The position numbers and the translations under genes are program-made. From Okamejei kenojei (taxonomy: Eukaryota), in the NCBI GenBank assembly GCA_035221665.1, contig CM069164.1, positions 14,260,001-14,324,000 of the forward strand: DNA of 64,000 bases. The letters run 5' to 3'. The notes beneath the pieces were generated by a model that was not told the origin of the DNA, made no database searches, and saw nothing but the letters and a program-made list of their open reading frames with translations. Below are positions 25,787 to 39,112 of the stretch, piece by piece. Position 1 is the first letter of the stretch. Every line of letters starts with the position of its first letter.

Positions 25787-26590
25787 AGCGCTGATGACGT
25801 CACAATGGATCTGCTCCGCGCCGCCTCACGCACACAATCTGCCACACGCCTTGAGGGACATCAACCCCCAACCCCCCCCCCCCCCCAGTTATTCAAAGGA
25901 CGCAGAAAGAACGAGCCCGGAAATGAAGTCGGGCCCTGTACTGGAGCGGCCGAACTCGCAGTCCTTGGGTCGACGCCCACCCATCGCCTGGTGGGGAGGC
26001 TGCTGCCGCGGGCCTCCCTCTCTGCCCCCCCCCTCTCAGCCCCCACTCCCTCCCAGCCCCCACTCCCTTTAGCCGCGTCTGCGCAGTTGGGGGCTGTGTA
26101 GATAGGGCGGAGGATGGGCTAAAAGCGAATGAATAATAGTGCTTCCACACCTCAAAAAAAACCTGAAATAGAATTCCAAATTACCTGGAATTTGATGGTA
26201 TTTCCCGGCCCGGTAAGCCTTCCCCAACTGCGCACGTGCGACTGCCGCCCCAACTGCGCATGCGCAGGGGGACAGCGTCCCTACCGCGTCACAGCCGCTG
26301 TTTTCAATTGTGACATGGCTGACCGGGCTCCCCCAACTGCGCAGGCGCAGATGGTCTTAAATATACAGGTACATACTTTTTTCCCCGCAAATCATTCCGC
26401 GGGCCTGATTGGACCCCTTCGCATCTCTCCCACGCTCGTGCGCAGTGGGCCCCGGTATCCACGCGTGCACAGTTGGGGCAGCAGTCGCACTTGCGCAGGT
26501 GGGGAAGGCTTACTGGGCCGGGAAGTTTCCTGAAATTATTTAATTTCCCTAAAATTACCCGAAGAAAACCAGAATTTCCCGAATTTCGGG
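25787..26590. promoter_or_regulatory. Intronic CpG island with promoter motifs and an inverted repeat (MORF4L1 intron 3)
   Basis: CRE TGACGTCA 25795-25802, GGGCGG near 26105, NRF1 sites TGCGCATGCGCA 26255-26266 and TGCGCAGGCGCA 26338-26349, CCAAT (minus) near 26410, inverted arms 26201-26264 and 26462-26525. Confidence 0.6.
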
Positions 26591-28089
26591 TAATTTCCTT
26601 CAAAGTGCAAACACTGAGTGAAAGATAAAGTTAGCTTAAACGAGAGAATGCATTGGAATATCATTGAACAGGGTTCAATGGTATTTGATGGTTCGAATAC
26701 CATCGGGTTAAAAACAGCAAGAATTTAGGCCTTGTTGGTGGGTTCAGAAGTCATAAATCAGCACAGCTTGAAAAGGTGAAGAGGGAATATTCCACTCCAT
26801 GCACTGTTAATTCCTGCATTGATCATTCCCTACATTGAACCAGCCAAACAGCAATTAGAATGGCACAGGATACAGAATTTCCTTATTTTCTCAACCCAAA
26901 TGAGCTACCAACCTTTGCTCAGGAATTACTTGCCACCCAATTATATTTTTGACCTGCTGCAGACAAAGGTTATTCAGCCTCTGTTTGCTTCAGTCTCTCA
27001 TGTTCTATCAAGAGGCTGCTCTCATATTCCCCACATCATTCCATACATTACACAGCCGGTGATCCAATCGTACAATTCCCACATAAACATTCGCTATAAC
27101 CATCCCAAGCTCCGAACTTGCATATTCAATCAAGCTTTCTGCAAACATCATTGGCATCCTTCCAAAGGATGCCCCTACTTCTCACCCAGCACGCATCCCT
27201 ATCATTTCCGCTGAGCCTCAGAAATCTGCTATTGAGCCCCTTCTATTCATTGTGCAGCTGTTTGGCAATAACTTGAATACAGAAAACAATACCATTTATG
27301 TCTCCCAACATGACTACTCCCAAGACAGCTAGACGTGTTTGTCCAACATCCCTGTATAGGATGAGTCATAGTTTCCTGCAGTTTAATGCAACAAAAGTTA
27401 AGTAATTCTTGTCAGTTTTTACCGACAAAAGCTCACAGGACTCAATACGATCAACTATCTGATTGGTGGAAGCGGTTTCTTTTCATGAAAATTAAGATGA
27501 CCAAAGTTGAACCACAAATTAAGTAGTTTCTCTGGAAGTGACAAAGCAGAACGAGTGGGCCATCTGGCTTCCTTCCATCCTGTATGATTCTATGAATAAG
27601 ATATGATTTTTTTAAATTACAAGTTATAGAAGGATTTGATCACATGAACAGAGCAGTCTGCAGCTAGATGACATCTATTTATGACTTGACGAACAGAAGA
27701 AATGAAAGATTATCAACTCAAAACATTAACTCTGCTTCTCTCTTTAGACACAGCATGACGACTCAAGTGCTTCCAGCTGATTTGGTTGTAATTGCAGAGG
27801 TTTGTCCTGATATGCAGCCCCACATCAAAAGGTGGAATGAAGCCGATTGAATAATAGTTTTTAACGATATAACCTCGTCACCTGCAACCATCTATTACTT
27901 ACCAGGCTTGGACCTGCCCCTCCCCCAACTACAATCAGTCTGAACAGTCCCAACACAAAACATCTCCTACCCATGTCCTCCCCTAATGCTGCCTGACCCA
28001 CTCCATCACATTTCTGGGTTTTATTTTAGTTTTTATCGAGTGTAGGATTATTTTTAGAAGTGAGCACACGGTAAAACACAAAGATGTGG

Positions 28090-28690
28090 AGGATAGACAC
28101 AAAATGCTGCAGTAACTCAGCGTGACAGGCAGCATCTGTGTAGAGAAGGAATGGGTGATTTTTCAGGTCAAGACACTTCTTCAGACTGAGAGTCAGGGGA
28201 GAGGGAAACTGGAGATATGGATGGGTATAATGAGAATGCAAGGTGTGAAAATGACAGTTCAAAGCAGACGCTAATCAAGAAAATGTAGAATGGTTCTTCG
28301 TTGGCTATGGGGAAGGTGACAGCGAGGCACACAAACAGTAAAATGAAACAGGAGGACGGCAAAACTGGTTGGAGAACTAAGACGGAGAGAGAAGGTATGC
28401 AAGAGTTACTTGAAGTTAGAGAAATCAATATTCGTACCGCTGGGTTGTAAGCTGCCCAAGCGAAATATGAGGTGCTGTTCCTCCAATTTGCATCTGACCT
28501 CACTCTGATAATGGAGGTGGTCCAGGACAAAAGTCAGTATGGGAAAGGAAAGGGGAGTTAAAGTGTTTAGCGACCATGAGATCACATACGGCCAGGTGCA
28601 CTGAGCGGAGGTGTTCAGCGAAACAATCACCGAGTCTGTGGTTGGTCTCGCCGAAATATAGGAGACCACACATGGAACAGCAGATACAGC
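28090..28690 (-). mobile_element. Penelope-like element 3' fragment
   Basis: ORF 28406..28669 ends CKLEEQHLIFRLGSLQPSGTNIDFSNFK (GIY-YIG C-terminus). Followed by the 3' tail and a hammerhead-like unit at about 28157-28183. Confidence 0.85.
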
Positions 28691-29309
28691 AAGTCAGAAA
28701 GGTTCAAAAGGTTACTGCCTGCACAGCAAAGTCCAATGAGTCAATGTTTAATTTCATCGCAGCTGCATTTAATCTGAACTGCTTGCTAGAATTTGACTCA
28801 CCTCCAAGAGCCGAGCTGTACATGTAAAACCAAAGGCCATGCAAACAAAAGGCGATAATGTAAAATCAAGATACAACAAGTATATTGGTGATAAAAGCAA
28901 ACTGCTCCCAGGACAGGTTTTTCTAGTTGTACAGAATCAGGGTATAATGAGGAAAATAATTACATTGCTTTCACTACGTAAGATGAAATGACACTAGAAT
29001 TCTAACAAGCAATACATTTCTAGATACATTAATGGGGCTGCAGATTCTAGTATACAAAACCCAAATAAGCTTGTGGTCTTAAAATTGATGATTAAATAGA
29101 GGCTTTAGGCTTTTAGAATTTTCTTCCTAAACCATCAACAACCAGACAAATCCGAGGACGGATTATTGTTTAGTGTCAGCTAATTGGCAATACATGTTAC
29201 AGTCGTGGGTTTTAGAAACCAACCATTGACTTCTACAGGGGCCACATGCCAGTTGAGGGAATGAACAACGTTAGATTTGAGAGCATTAACATTTCAGATG
29301 ACCGGTCCT

Positions 29310-30258
29310 CTATTCATGAAGAAGGTACACAGATGCCTCTGCTTTCTGAGAAGTTTAAAGATATTTGGCATATCACTGAATACTCTAAATTTGCTACAGA
29401 TGCACAGTAAAAAGGGGTCTGACTGGTTGCATCATGGCCTGATGCGGCAATTCTAACACACAGGATCTTAAGTTGCTGAGATTAGTGGATTCAACACAGT
29501 CCAACATGGGCACAGACCTCCCACCAACAAAAGCATTTCCATGAGGCGATGCCTCAAGATAACGCCATCAATCGTCAAGAATCCCCACCACCTGGGCAAG
29601 GCCCTCATTACTTTTCATTGTATCTGTACCTCAACGCGCTTGTGCATATGACAAGCTTCACTCCTCGCCGCTACCGTCAGGTTAGAGGTACAGCTCAAGT
29701 ACCACATTCATCAGGTTCAGGAACAGCTACTTTCCTACAACTATCAGATTCTTGAAAGGACATGCACAACTCTACTTCTACCCCTGCAACACTATGAACC
29801 ACCTCTTGCACTACCATGAACTTGTTTCCCCATGGTGTTTTTCATAAGCTTTTTTTTACTCCCTTCCAAAATTTCACTCAATCCTAGCAACAGGCAAAAG
29901 GTATGGAAGCCTGAAGTTCCACACCATCAGGTTCAGGAACGGGTACTTTCCTACATTAATCAAGTTCTTGAACCCAGTCGCACAATCCTAATCCTACCTC
30001 GACAATTGAACACTATGGATTACCTCTTGCACTATCATGAATTTGCTTCCCCCCCCCCCCCCAATTCTGCTTTGCACGAAAGTCTTTTTTTTTCTTGCAG
30101 TCTTTCTTTTTACTGTCTTCAAAATGTTGTGTGTAAATTATGTATAATTTATGTTTTTATGTGTTATCCAAGTCTACATGCCTATGATGTCACTGCAAGA
30201 AAGATTTTCATTGCATCTGCACTTCACCGTACATATGCATAGGACAATAAACTCAACT
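29310..30258 (+). mobile_element. Rex1/Babar-like LINE 3' fragments (two partial copies)
   Basis: CAGGTTCAGGAAC..TACTTTCCTACA occurs at about 29712 and 29928. Tail ends GACAATAAAC. Confidence 0.65.
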
Positions 30259-30543
30259 TAGTTTAGTGATACAGCATGGAAAGAGGCTCTTCGGCCCACC
30301 GGGTTTGTGCCAACCAACGATCACCAGGACATTGTTCTATCCTACACAAACGGACAATTTTACAGAAGCCAATTAATGCACAAACCTGCGCATCTTTGGC
30401 GTGTGGGAGGCGACTGGAGAACCCAGAGAAATCCCACGCAGTCAAATGGAGAATGTACAAACTCCATACAGACAGCACCCGTAGTCAGGATCGAACCCAA
30501 GTCTGTGGTGCTGCACGGCAGCAACTCTGCCCCTGCGCCACCG
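30258..30543 (-). mobile_element. V-SINE (HE1-like), near full length
   Basis: Minus strand GGTGGCGCAG...GGGTTCGATCCTGACTACGGGTGCTGTCTGTATGGAGTTTGTACATTCTCC, with LINE-derived tail. Confidence 0.82.
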
Positions 30544-31465
30544 ACAACTTGCCCTGCAGAGCTGCTGTCAAAGTCTCACTTGTCTAGAAGACTCCATTAC
30601 AGCATTCAAGGTTACTCCATATCCCAGTTCACTATTATTTCTCAAACACTACCCAGAAAGCCACTCAGTATTTGTTTTCTACAACTAATTCAAAATTATG
30701 GTACCAGATATTTTCACTTCTCCTTCCTTCTCCTACATATTTTCACACCCTCATAAAACATGCAAATCTTAAAATTATTCACACTCATTTTACTTTGTTC
30801 TATTTTAAAGATAGTGACAGGTAAATGTGACAGATGAGAAAGGTATTTTATTGTTTAAATGCAACAATTTACAGAATTGGAGTGCATTGTCTGCAAGTTG
30901 ATTCTATAACATTCAGAAGGGGTCTAAAAATATAATTTGATTGAAGGAATCATTGGACAATGGAAAAGGGACACAGAAACGCAATTACTTCAAAAAACCA
31001 TAACAGTCAAATTGGATCAAATCGCCTCCTACTCTGATATTTAAATCCGATCTTCTCGCCTTGTAAACTGGCATTGATGATTCACAATATTAAAGATTGC
31101 TCTACAGGATACTATAGCCACAGAATTAATTTCAACCGCTTTAAGCCAGTTTATATGAAGAAACTGCACTGATTTTTACAGACTAGTGAATAAAGTATTT
31201 CAATTTTTACAGGCAGTGAATAAAGTATTTCAATTTGAGAGTCAAAATGAGATCAAGAACTCAGCAGTAGTGGAAAAAAGCTGAGGCTGAATCATTTATC
31301 AACATTAATGGTAATATGACACTGCATTAAAGAGTCAGTCCCTCAGGATCAGTCACTCCCTCAAGCATGCACACTAAATAGTTTTACATTTTCAGCTTCA
31401 TATCAACTTGTTAATGACATTATTTTTACAGCCAAAGACTTTAAAATACTATAATTTAACCTCAA

Positions 31466-31880
31466 TTAGTTTTGAGGTACAGCATGGAAACAGGCCCTTC
31501 GGCCCACCAAAGATGGACACAAAATGCTGGAGTAACTCAGCGGAACAGGCAGCATCTCTGGAGATAAGGAATGGGTGATGTTTCGGGTAGAAACTTCTTC
31601 AGCCCACCAAGTCCATGCTGCCCATTGGTCACCCACTCTCACTAATTCTACACTATCCCACTTTCTTGTCAATTCCCTACACATTGGGCCAATTTTACTG
31701 AGCCCAACTAACCTACAATCCTACATGTCTTTGGGATGTGGGAGGAAACCAGTGCACCCAGAGGAAACCAACACAGTCATATGGAGAACGTGAAAAAAAA
31801 AAGACGGGACCCAAGGCGAGGATGAAACCTGTGTCTCTGGCGTTGTAAGGCAGCAGCTCTACTGGCAGCATGACTGTGAT
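31466..31880 (-). mobile_element. V-SINE with a nested ~90-100 bp Penelope-tail unit
   Basis: SINE body GGTTTCCTCCCACATCCCAAAGAC. Insert at 31511-31602 flanked by CTTC(G/A)GCCCACCAA at 31497-31510 and 31597-31610. Confidence 0.75.
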
Positions 31881-34206
31881 GCCCTGGTCATTAACGCAAA
31901 GAGTTTTCCACAAGCTCATTTCTCAAGTTAATTCTGCTTCCCAATGTAATTTGTATTGCGCTCCCCGATGGTGCTGGCAACCTACCTACCCAACAGTCCA
32001 TATTTGCATTAGATAGCGCATGTCAGCAGGCAGGCAGGCAGGCAGTAGCCAGCAACAGAGAATTGTAGTTATTTTGCTCCTAAATTCAAGGACTTTAATC
32101 AGCAGTGGCTGAAAATATATTTCTGACACAACTGACTGCAACAAATATGAAATTCAGAATAGAACATTAATATTCATACTATTTTAAAATCACTTCTATC
32201 ACAGAACTTTCACCACTTAGTTCTGAATCGTGGTGAACATTAATTTTCTAGAGAATTTTTGGGGGGGATCTTTATCATTCCAAACACCAAAAACAGTATT
32301 ATTTTTTCAGTCTTAATTAAAAATTCTAACTAGTCTGTACAATACCTGCATTCTTGACGATACCACACATCTAAGCTGTTTGAATAGGTGAAATAATAAA
32401 GAATTACATATATGGCATTTTCTCTCATGAACCTATCCTATAGCTGTACATTTAGCACTAAAATAGGCACTTTCAGCACCCAATAAAAATAATGCATTTT
32501 TTGTTGTTGCCTACTTATGATAAGCTCCGTGACAAGGCATTATTAAGCCCCACAGGGTCTTCAGAATGGCACGCAGTTGCCCTAAATTGACAACGGTACT
32601 GTTGTGTTAATTATTTCATTTTACAATAATTATATTAAAATATTCTATCATGAATTCTGATTTTTTTTTTAAATGATTTTCCATGTGTGCAAATAAATAA
32701 TGCCTTTTATATTGTCCCAATTTAGCTTAAAAAAATCAAATGTATATACTATTATGTATACTAAATGTATATACTTGACATCACTGGAGCAAGCGATAGT
32801 TATCTACCCAGAATAATTTATGTGCGGTTATACAATTTCTTTTCTGGGATGTATCCCCAATTCAGAGAATTAGTTTACCTTATTTTTTTCTGCCACGCAA
32901 TAAATTGTAGAGACACACCTGTGGCAAGCTATACTCTGGCTTTAACCAATGCCGAGGAACAACAAGCCATTCAATCTTTCAAACCAGTTTAATCATTTAA
33001 AATCTTATCTGACCTATGACCCAACACCATGTGGAGGAAGGAACTGCAGATGCTGGAGTAACTCAGCTGGACAGGCAGCATCTCCGGAGAGAAGGAATGG
33101 GTGAGGTTTCAGGTCAAGACCCTTCTTCATACCCAACCTCATTCATTTGTCCTTTCCCCTTATGCCTTAAACTATTAGATTTAAAATCAACCACTTGCAT
33201 TGTGCTTCTCCAACTCAGCTCGTGAGCAAAGAGCAGAAGAAGGCATACAGACCCAAAACCAACACATTCCCAAATGGCTAACTCAAAAGTACCTTACGTC
33301 TCTTCGCTTCTCTCTGTACTGATCATTCATCAGGAGAAGAGAACAAAGGTGAACAAAGCCAAGGGTTGCCCTTTAACCAGTTACAGTGGATGGACAAGAG
33401 CCGACATATCTTCACACCTTTCATTCTTCTACCATTTGACGCCCAATCACTGCTTTGGCCAAGATCAAGAACAAGGAAGGAAACTAACTGACTGAAAGAG
33501 ACCAGATACAATCTGCAGTAAACTGCAGAAAAGAGTGTAGGTTGCAAAATTCTAAACTTCTGACAGCAAATTCTTTTTTTTTATGTCACTTCAATTGTTC
33601 TATACATGCACATGGATTTGCAGTAGAGATTATTAAAAAAACAAAACATTTAGAACAAATGGATCTCTGTCAGCCCAGAATGTTTCACTAATAGAATGCC
33701 ACACAGATCAATACTGGGCCTTGGATCTTGACAGGTCATATTATTGACCAATTATAAGAATGTGCATTGCAATCATATTTGCTGATGATAAAACTGGTTG
33801 GGAACTGGAGAGGTCAGAAGAGTGGTAAAAGCTCAAGTGGACAAATGTGTGAAATGGAGTATTATGGGCAGAAACATAAAGGTTATTCATTCTTGATAGT
33901 AGAGAAATAGCTCTCTAAATGACAAACCAGCAATAATGGTTTGCGCAGAAGAATCGATATACTGCTTAAATGAAATGAAAAAAACAGGTGCAGCAAATGA
34001 TGACGAAGGAAAATGGGACAATACTGTGAGGAGCTTAGTGCACAAATTAAGGAAGCTTTGCTGAAATTGTACAGAGCTTGATGAGACAATATCATCAGTA
34101 TTCCATGCAGGCTTGGTTTCTGTTTGCAAAGATGCTCGCCTCAGTCATTGCAGCAGGGTTCCCCAAAAGTGCTTCCAGGGATGTAGGGATTGTCCTATTA
34201 AGAGTT

Positions 34207-34820
34207 AGAAACATAGAAAAATAGGAGCAGGAGTAGGCCATTCAGCCCTTCGAGCCAACACTGCCATTCAATATGATCATGGCTGATCATCTAAAATCAG
34301 TACCCCATTCCTGCTTTTTCCCCCAAATCCCTCGAGTCCTTTAGCCCTAAGAGCTAAACTCTCTCTTGAAAACATTCAGTGAATTAGCCTCCACTGCCTT
34401 GTGGCAGAGAGTTCCACAGATTCACAACTCTCTGGGTGAAAAGGTTCTTACTCATCTCAGTCCTAAATCTCAGTACCCTTATTTTTAAACAGTGACCCTT
34501 GGTTCTCTACTCCCCCAACATCGGGAACATTTTTCCTGCATCTAGCCTGTCAAATCCTTTAAGAATTTTATATGTTTCAACTCTAAGATCCCCTCCCACC
34601 CTTCTAAATTCCAGTGAATACAAGCCTAGTCGACATATTCTTTCCTCATATGTCAGTCCCACCATTGTGGGAATTAACCTGGTGAACCTACTCTGCACTC
34701 CCTCAAATCGCAAGAATGTCCTTCCTCAAATCAGGAGACCAAAATTGCACACAATACTCCAGGCGTGGTTTCACCAGGGTCCTATACAACCACAGTAGGG
34801 CCTCATTGCTCCTAAACTCT
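34207..34820 (-). mobile_element. CR1/L2-type LINE 3' fragment
   Basis: EGVQSRFTRLIPTMVGLTYEERICRLGLYSLEFRR...TYKILKGFDRLDAGKMFPMLGE, conserved tail and (CTATGTTT)n end. Confidence 0.88.
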
Positions 34821-36391
34821 AATCTATGTTTTTCTGTGTTTCGAAATTTTACTGACAACTTTGGAATTTATTTAAATGTCTTTATCCCTGAAACTGTACA
34901 TGCACTGCCTATATACAAATCAGAGACTGTCATTCCTTTAGGGAGAACAAGGGAATCAAGAGGCAAGTGTTGAGCAAGAAAATGATAGTAACATGGTAAG
35001 GCATGAATCTTATCACAATCTCAATGGGCTGCACAACTCCCTATTTTTTAAGAATTCTCCATCTCACAAATTCCACATGTAGTAACAGAATTAAGTATGC
35101 TGCTTTCTGCCATTTATCTGTGTGGAGCTGAAAAGTCAAGTCAATTGAACAACAATCAAACAAAAGGACATAATCCCAAATCCTATTTGAAGAGATTTGC
35201 AAACCAAGCCACAGAGGCCCAATTTCATTCTACAGTTTATACACCATGTCAATGCATCAAGAGTAAAGGTTTGTAAATAGAGGAATGAATACCTGTAAAG
35301 GATGCAAATGTCATTTCTCCCATAAACAATTGGCATAACCAAGAGGAATCTTCCAACATTGGATGAGTTTACCAAAATTCATATCTCTTCCACTAATATT
35401 TTTCTCAGCCCAGAGACAAAAATCCAATCTTGCCCACATTACATTTTAGCCCACGCCAAGAGATATTTGTTCTTCAATGAAAACATTAGTTACTAATTAT
35501 TATCCAGTAATTTGTAGTCTGCCTTGCATAGAAAATGCCACTTGAAAAATATGTTTCTTGTGGCATTTGCTTGATAATATTTAGGGAACAGCCTCTCATT
35601 GCATGAGATCTTCACTCCGCAAATTTGCAAAATAAATAGAACAGATGACATCAACGCTGCCAACTTTAACTGATAGTTTCTACACATCCTCTGGTGTTAG
35701 GGAGCAATGGTGACTTTTAAATATTGTTTGAAGTGAAGAGGATGGGACAAAGAGCTCTTTCTAACAATTTAGACAATGAGAAATGTCATCTTAAAATACG
35801 ACTAGCCAACGAAACTATGCATGATCACTTGCTACCAATACTCCTCCAAATCCACCCCGGCCCTGTACTTTGCCAAAGTCAATTACAAAAGCCCACATGT
35901 TCCATTTGGAGGCGCAAAGAAAAGGCCAGCACACATAATTGCACGTATACAGTACGTTATCAACTGCATTCTTATAACTGAACCAACAATCCTCTTCCTC
36001 TACCCCATCCAAAACAAAACATTTGCAGCATATTCAGAAAGAACTCCCTCATTTTATAGATCATATTATACCCCTCTGTTGCATACTTGGATCAAACTGG
36101 TGCAAGGAAGTTCAATGTTTACTCAACATAGCACTGACAGCACAATCACATTGAGAACATGCCTGGTCTATTAGAAATGTCCATCCAATTTATAGATGGA
36201 CTATAATTTTTTCTATTATTTAGATGATACTTTACTTCAAAATATCTGGACACTTGCTGCAAGTGTTCATTACGCTGGCTTCCATACATTGCCTTAGTAT
36301 CCCACTGTTCCAATCTGCAGTGTTTATTCAGCCAGGAATATTTAATATCTTTAACACATCATATTTCTGTTGTAAAATATTTCATACTTAC

Positions 36392-36459
36392 TTCTTATTC
36401 CAGCCACTGTAATGTATGAAGTATTTCACTTGTTTGTCCTTTATAGCAACCTTTACGCA
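36392..36459 (-). CDS. MORF4L1: MORF4L1 exon 3 (CVKVAIKDKQVKYFIHYSGWNK/N)
   Basis: Acceptor atatag|, donor AA|gtaagt, 68 nt. Contains the chromodomain HYSGWN motif. Confidence 0.97.
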
Positions 36460-38769
36460 CTATATTAAAAGATAAAAGAAAAATATTGTAAATGTCAAGT
36501 GTATTAACACCCCAGCAAGTTAAACACTGGGAATATGATATTTAAATAATAAGCCTTATTGTGACTGATATTTACCAAAGAACATTCCCACCTTAACAGC
36601 TAATAAGATTAATGAAAAGAATGGTTGCAAAAAAAAATCTGTAACCAATTAACTATTGAAAGAAAAACTAATAGTGTGTCAAAGAAAATAACTGCAAACT
36701 CCCTGATCTCTTCACTGCTTTACACTGGACACTAGATTTTACACTGGAGCCCAGATTTGAGATTCTCAATACCATCCAGAAAGCTCCTTCTCCACTTTCA
36801 GTCATTGGCCAGGGATTCCCAGGGGAAAATGGAAAACGTTAAACATTTTCAATGCTGCTTTCAGAGCTTCCTTTCACATTTTCCTGTGTCAGCCTGGTAA
36901 TCTCTTCCTGTTGCACAGCTCAGAATAGAGTGCCAGTAGAAGGTAGAGCGGTCAGCAAAAAGAGCTTTGCCATTTGATAAAAAACTTCTCAGTTATATAA
37001 ATCAAATGTCTCGAATTTCATGGGCTGTTTAAAGTGACTGTAGGCATAACTCAGAGGAGCAGTGAAGGCCTGATAGTTAACATTTGCAAGATTTAAACAA
37101 ATATTTTATTGTTTTACTGAAGGAGGGAATCCATGAACAATCTATCCACGTCTTTAATAGTAACACTGATTGTGTATTTGGAAGGTGCTGTTGCAATAGT
37201 CTACAGAGCATTTTGTACATGATATTGTACATGATACTGCAGCCATGGTGTATCAGTTGCTGATGTTGTGAAAGGGAGAGATTTCACTGTTGAATGTTCA
37301 TCAATAGCCCCTACTAAAAGAGAATTGGAGGGAATACCAAAGTGATTGAAAGGGATGAATTTAATTGCAGCTCTTACTTCCTGTACACTCATTCCTCAAG
37401 GTAGGTACATAAGCTAAACATATTGTGATTCATACAGTATGAATGTTTGGCAATTAAATTTTAAATTCAATTTTTAAAGACATATACACTTTCATTCTCA
37501 GCAATGATCAAAATGGTTTTTTTTTATTATCTAGACAAAACCTATGGCCCTTGTTCAGCTAAGGCCCAGGAACCGATGGAATGCGCAGCTTTTGGTATAT
37601 GGCAAATTAGATTTCTGTAAGTACTGTACTTAATACCCCTCTGTGAGGTACCCAGCTAAAGCAATGAACACTTGCTTTGAACAAATCACCACATATTTGG
37701 AAAATTTCCAATTGATTGCCAGTCTGTGAAATTGCCACTCAGATGATGAGTGAGAATAAAACATCATTGATGCAGCATAAGTGACCTCATGGCCCTGCAT
37801 TGAATACAGAGGTGGAATGGTTGTAGAACTGGTTAAGCAAGTGGTGTTTTGGGTCAGGACCCTTCTTCATGTAAGAGGAGGGGATGGTGAAGAGCTGGAG
37901 GCGAGAAAAGACCAATCAGGGCTGGCTTCAAATTACCTCAGGCAGGATGGTGCGTAGGCCCATTGTTGGCATGGGAAGGTGTGATCTGAAGAGGGATACA
38001 ATGTGATGAACCGTGTAATTGGTTAAACGACTAGGGTGAAAGAAAGGGGCAAGGGGGAGGGGGGGGGGAACAAATGTCAGAAATATAGCAGCTTCAACAC
38101 AAGGCAGAGGAATTGTCATGAAATTTAAAACAATAAAGGAAAAGGGACCTGTCATCTTCCATCAGTAATTACATAACAGCCATCCAAGTGCAACTACCTC
38201 TCAGATTCATCTTCAGCTCATTCAATGAAGATCTCCAGATCCTAGCTATAAATTAAATAATCTTGATTAACCTGTCCACGCGCTTAACCCTTTAAAATCT
38301 TTCCACGCTCTTAACCCTTCCTATATTTAACCTGTTCCATATCCCTTTGTACTCTCTGCATTCCTGTCATCCAATTTTCACCACCAGTTCCCCCAAAGCC
38401 AATATGCTCCACTCAGACCTGATCAACCTTTTGATCACCCATCCTCACGTTCCCCACTATTACTCAGTAAAGCTCCTGCAAAACACATAGTGTTTCTTTA
38501 GCACATTCAAAATGTAACTGACTCAACCTCAGACAGCTGTTAGAAAATAGATTCGATCAGTGTCCAGAGGATGTAGTTTGTGATGGGTTGTCCTCACCCC
38601 AAGCTCAGTCAGATATAGGTGGTTCCAACAAGATCATTTACAACATCTACCTTAAATGTCCAAGATGGTAAGATCTGCTTGGAGTCGAACGATTCTGACT
38701 CGCCACTAGAAAACAACCAAATGTGATACTGTGTGGCGTGGAATGACAGTTAGATCGTAATCATAAGAG

Positions 38770-39112
38770 CTTAAGCCATAGAAGCAGAATTAGGCCATTC
38801 GACCAAATTAGTATGCTCTGACATTCGATTATGGCTGATCTATTTTTCCATCTCAACCAATTTTTCCCACCATCTCCCTGTAACTTTTGACACCCTTACC
38901 AAGCAAGAACCTATGAATCTCTGCTTTAAAAATAGCCAACGATCACCTCCACCGCCGTCTGTGGCAATTAATTCCAGATTCACCACCCTCTGGCGAAAAA
39001 AAAACAACTTCATTTCCATTCTAGGGGTACGTTATTTTATTCTAAGGCTGCGCCCTCTGGACCTAGACTATCCCACTACTGCAAACATCCTTTCCACATC
39101 CACCCTAGACCT
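38770..39112 (-). mobile_element. CR1/L2-type LINE 3' end
   Basis: Same tail family (GGCCATTCG...ATGGCTGATCTAT...CCAGATTCACCACCCTCTG). Confidence 0.75.

Noticed and set aside
31173-31236. ~30-bp tandem duplication (TTTTTACAG..AGTGAATAAAGTATTTCAA twice)
   Set aside because: Ordinary local slippage, with no sign of function.
33310-33450. Intronic C/D snoRNA suggested by TGATGA/CTGA-like words
   Set aside because: Boxes are not in C-then-D order with a terminal stem.
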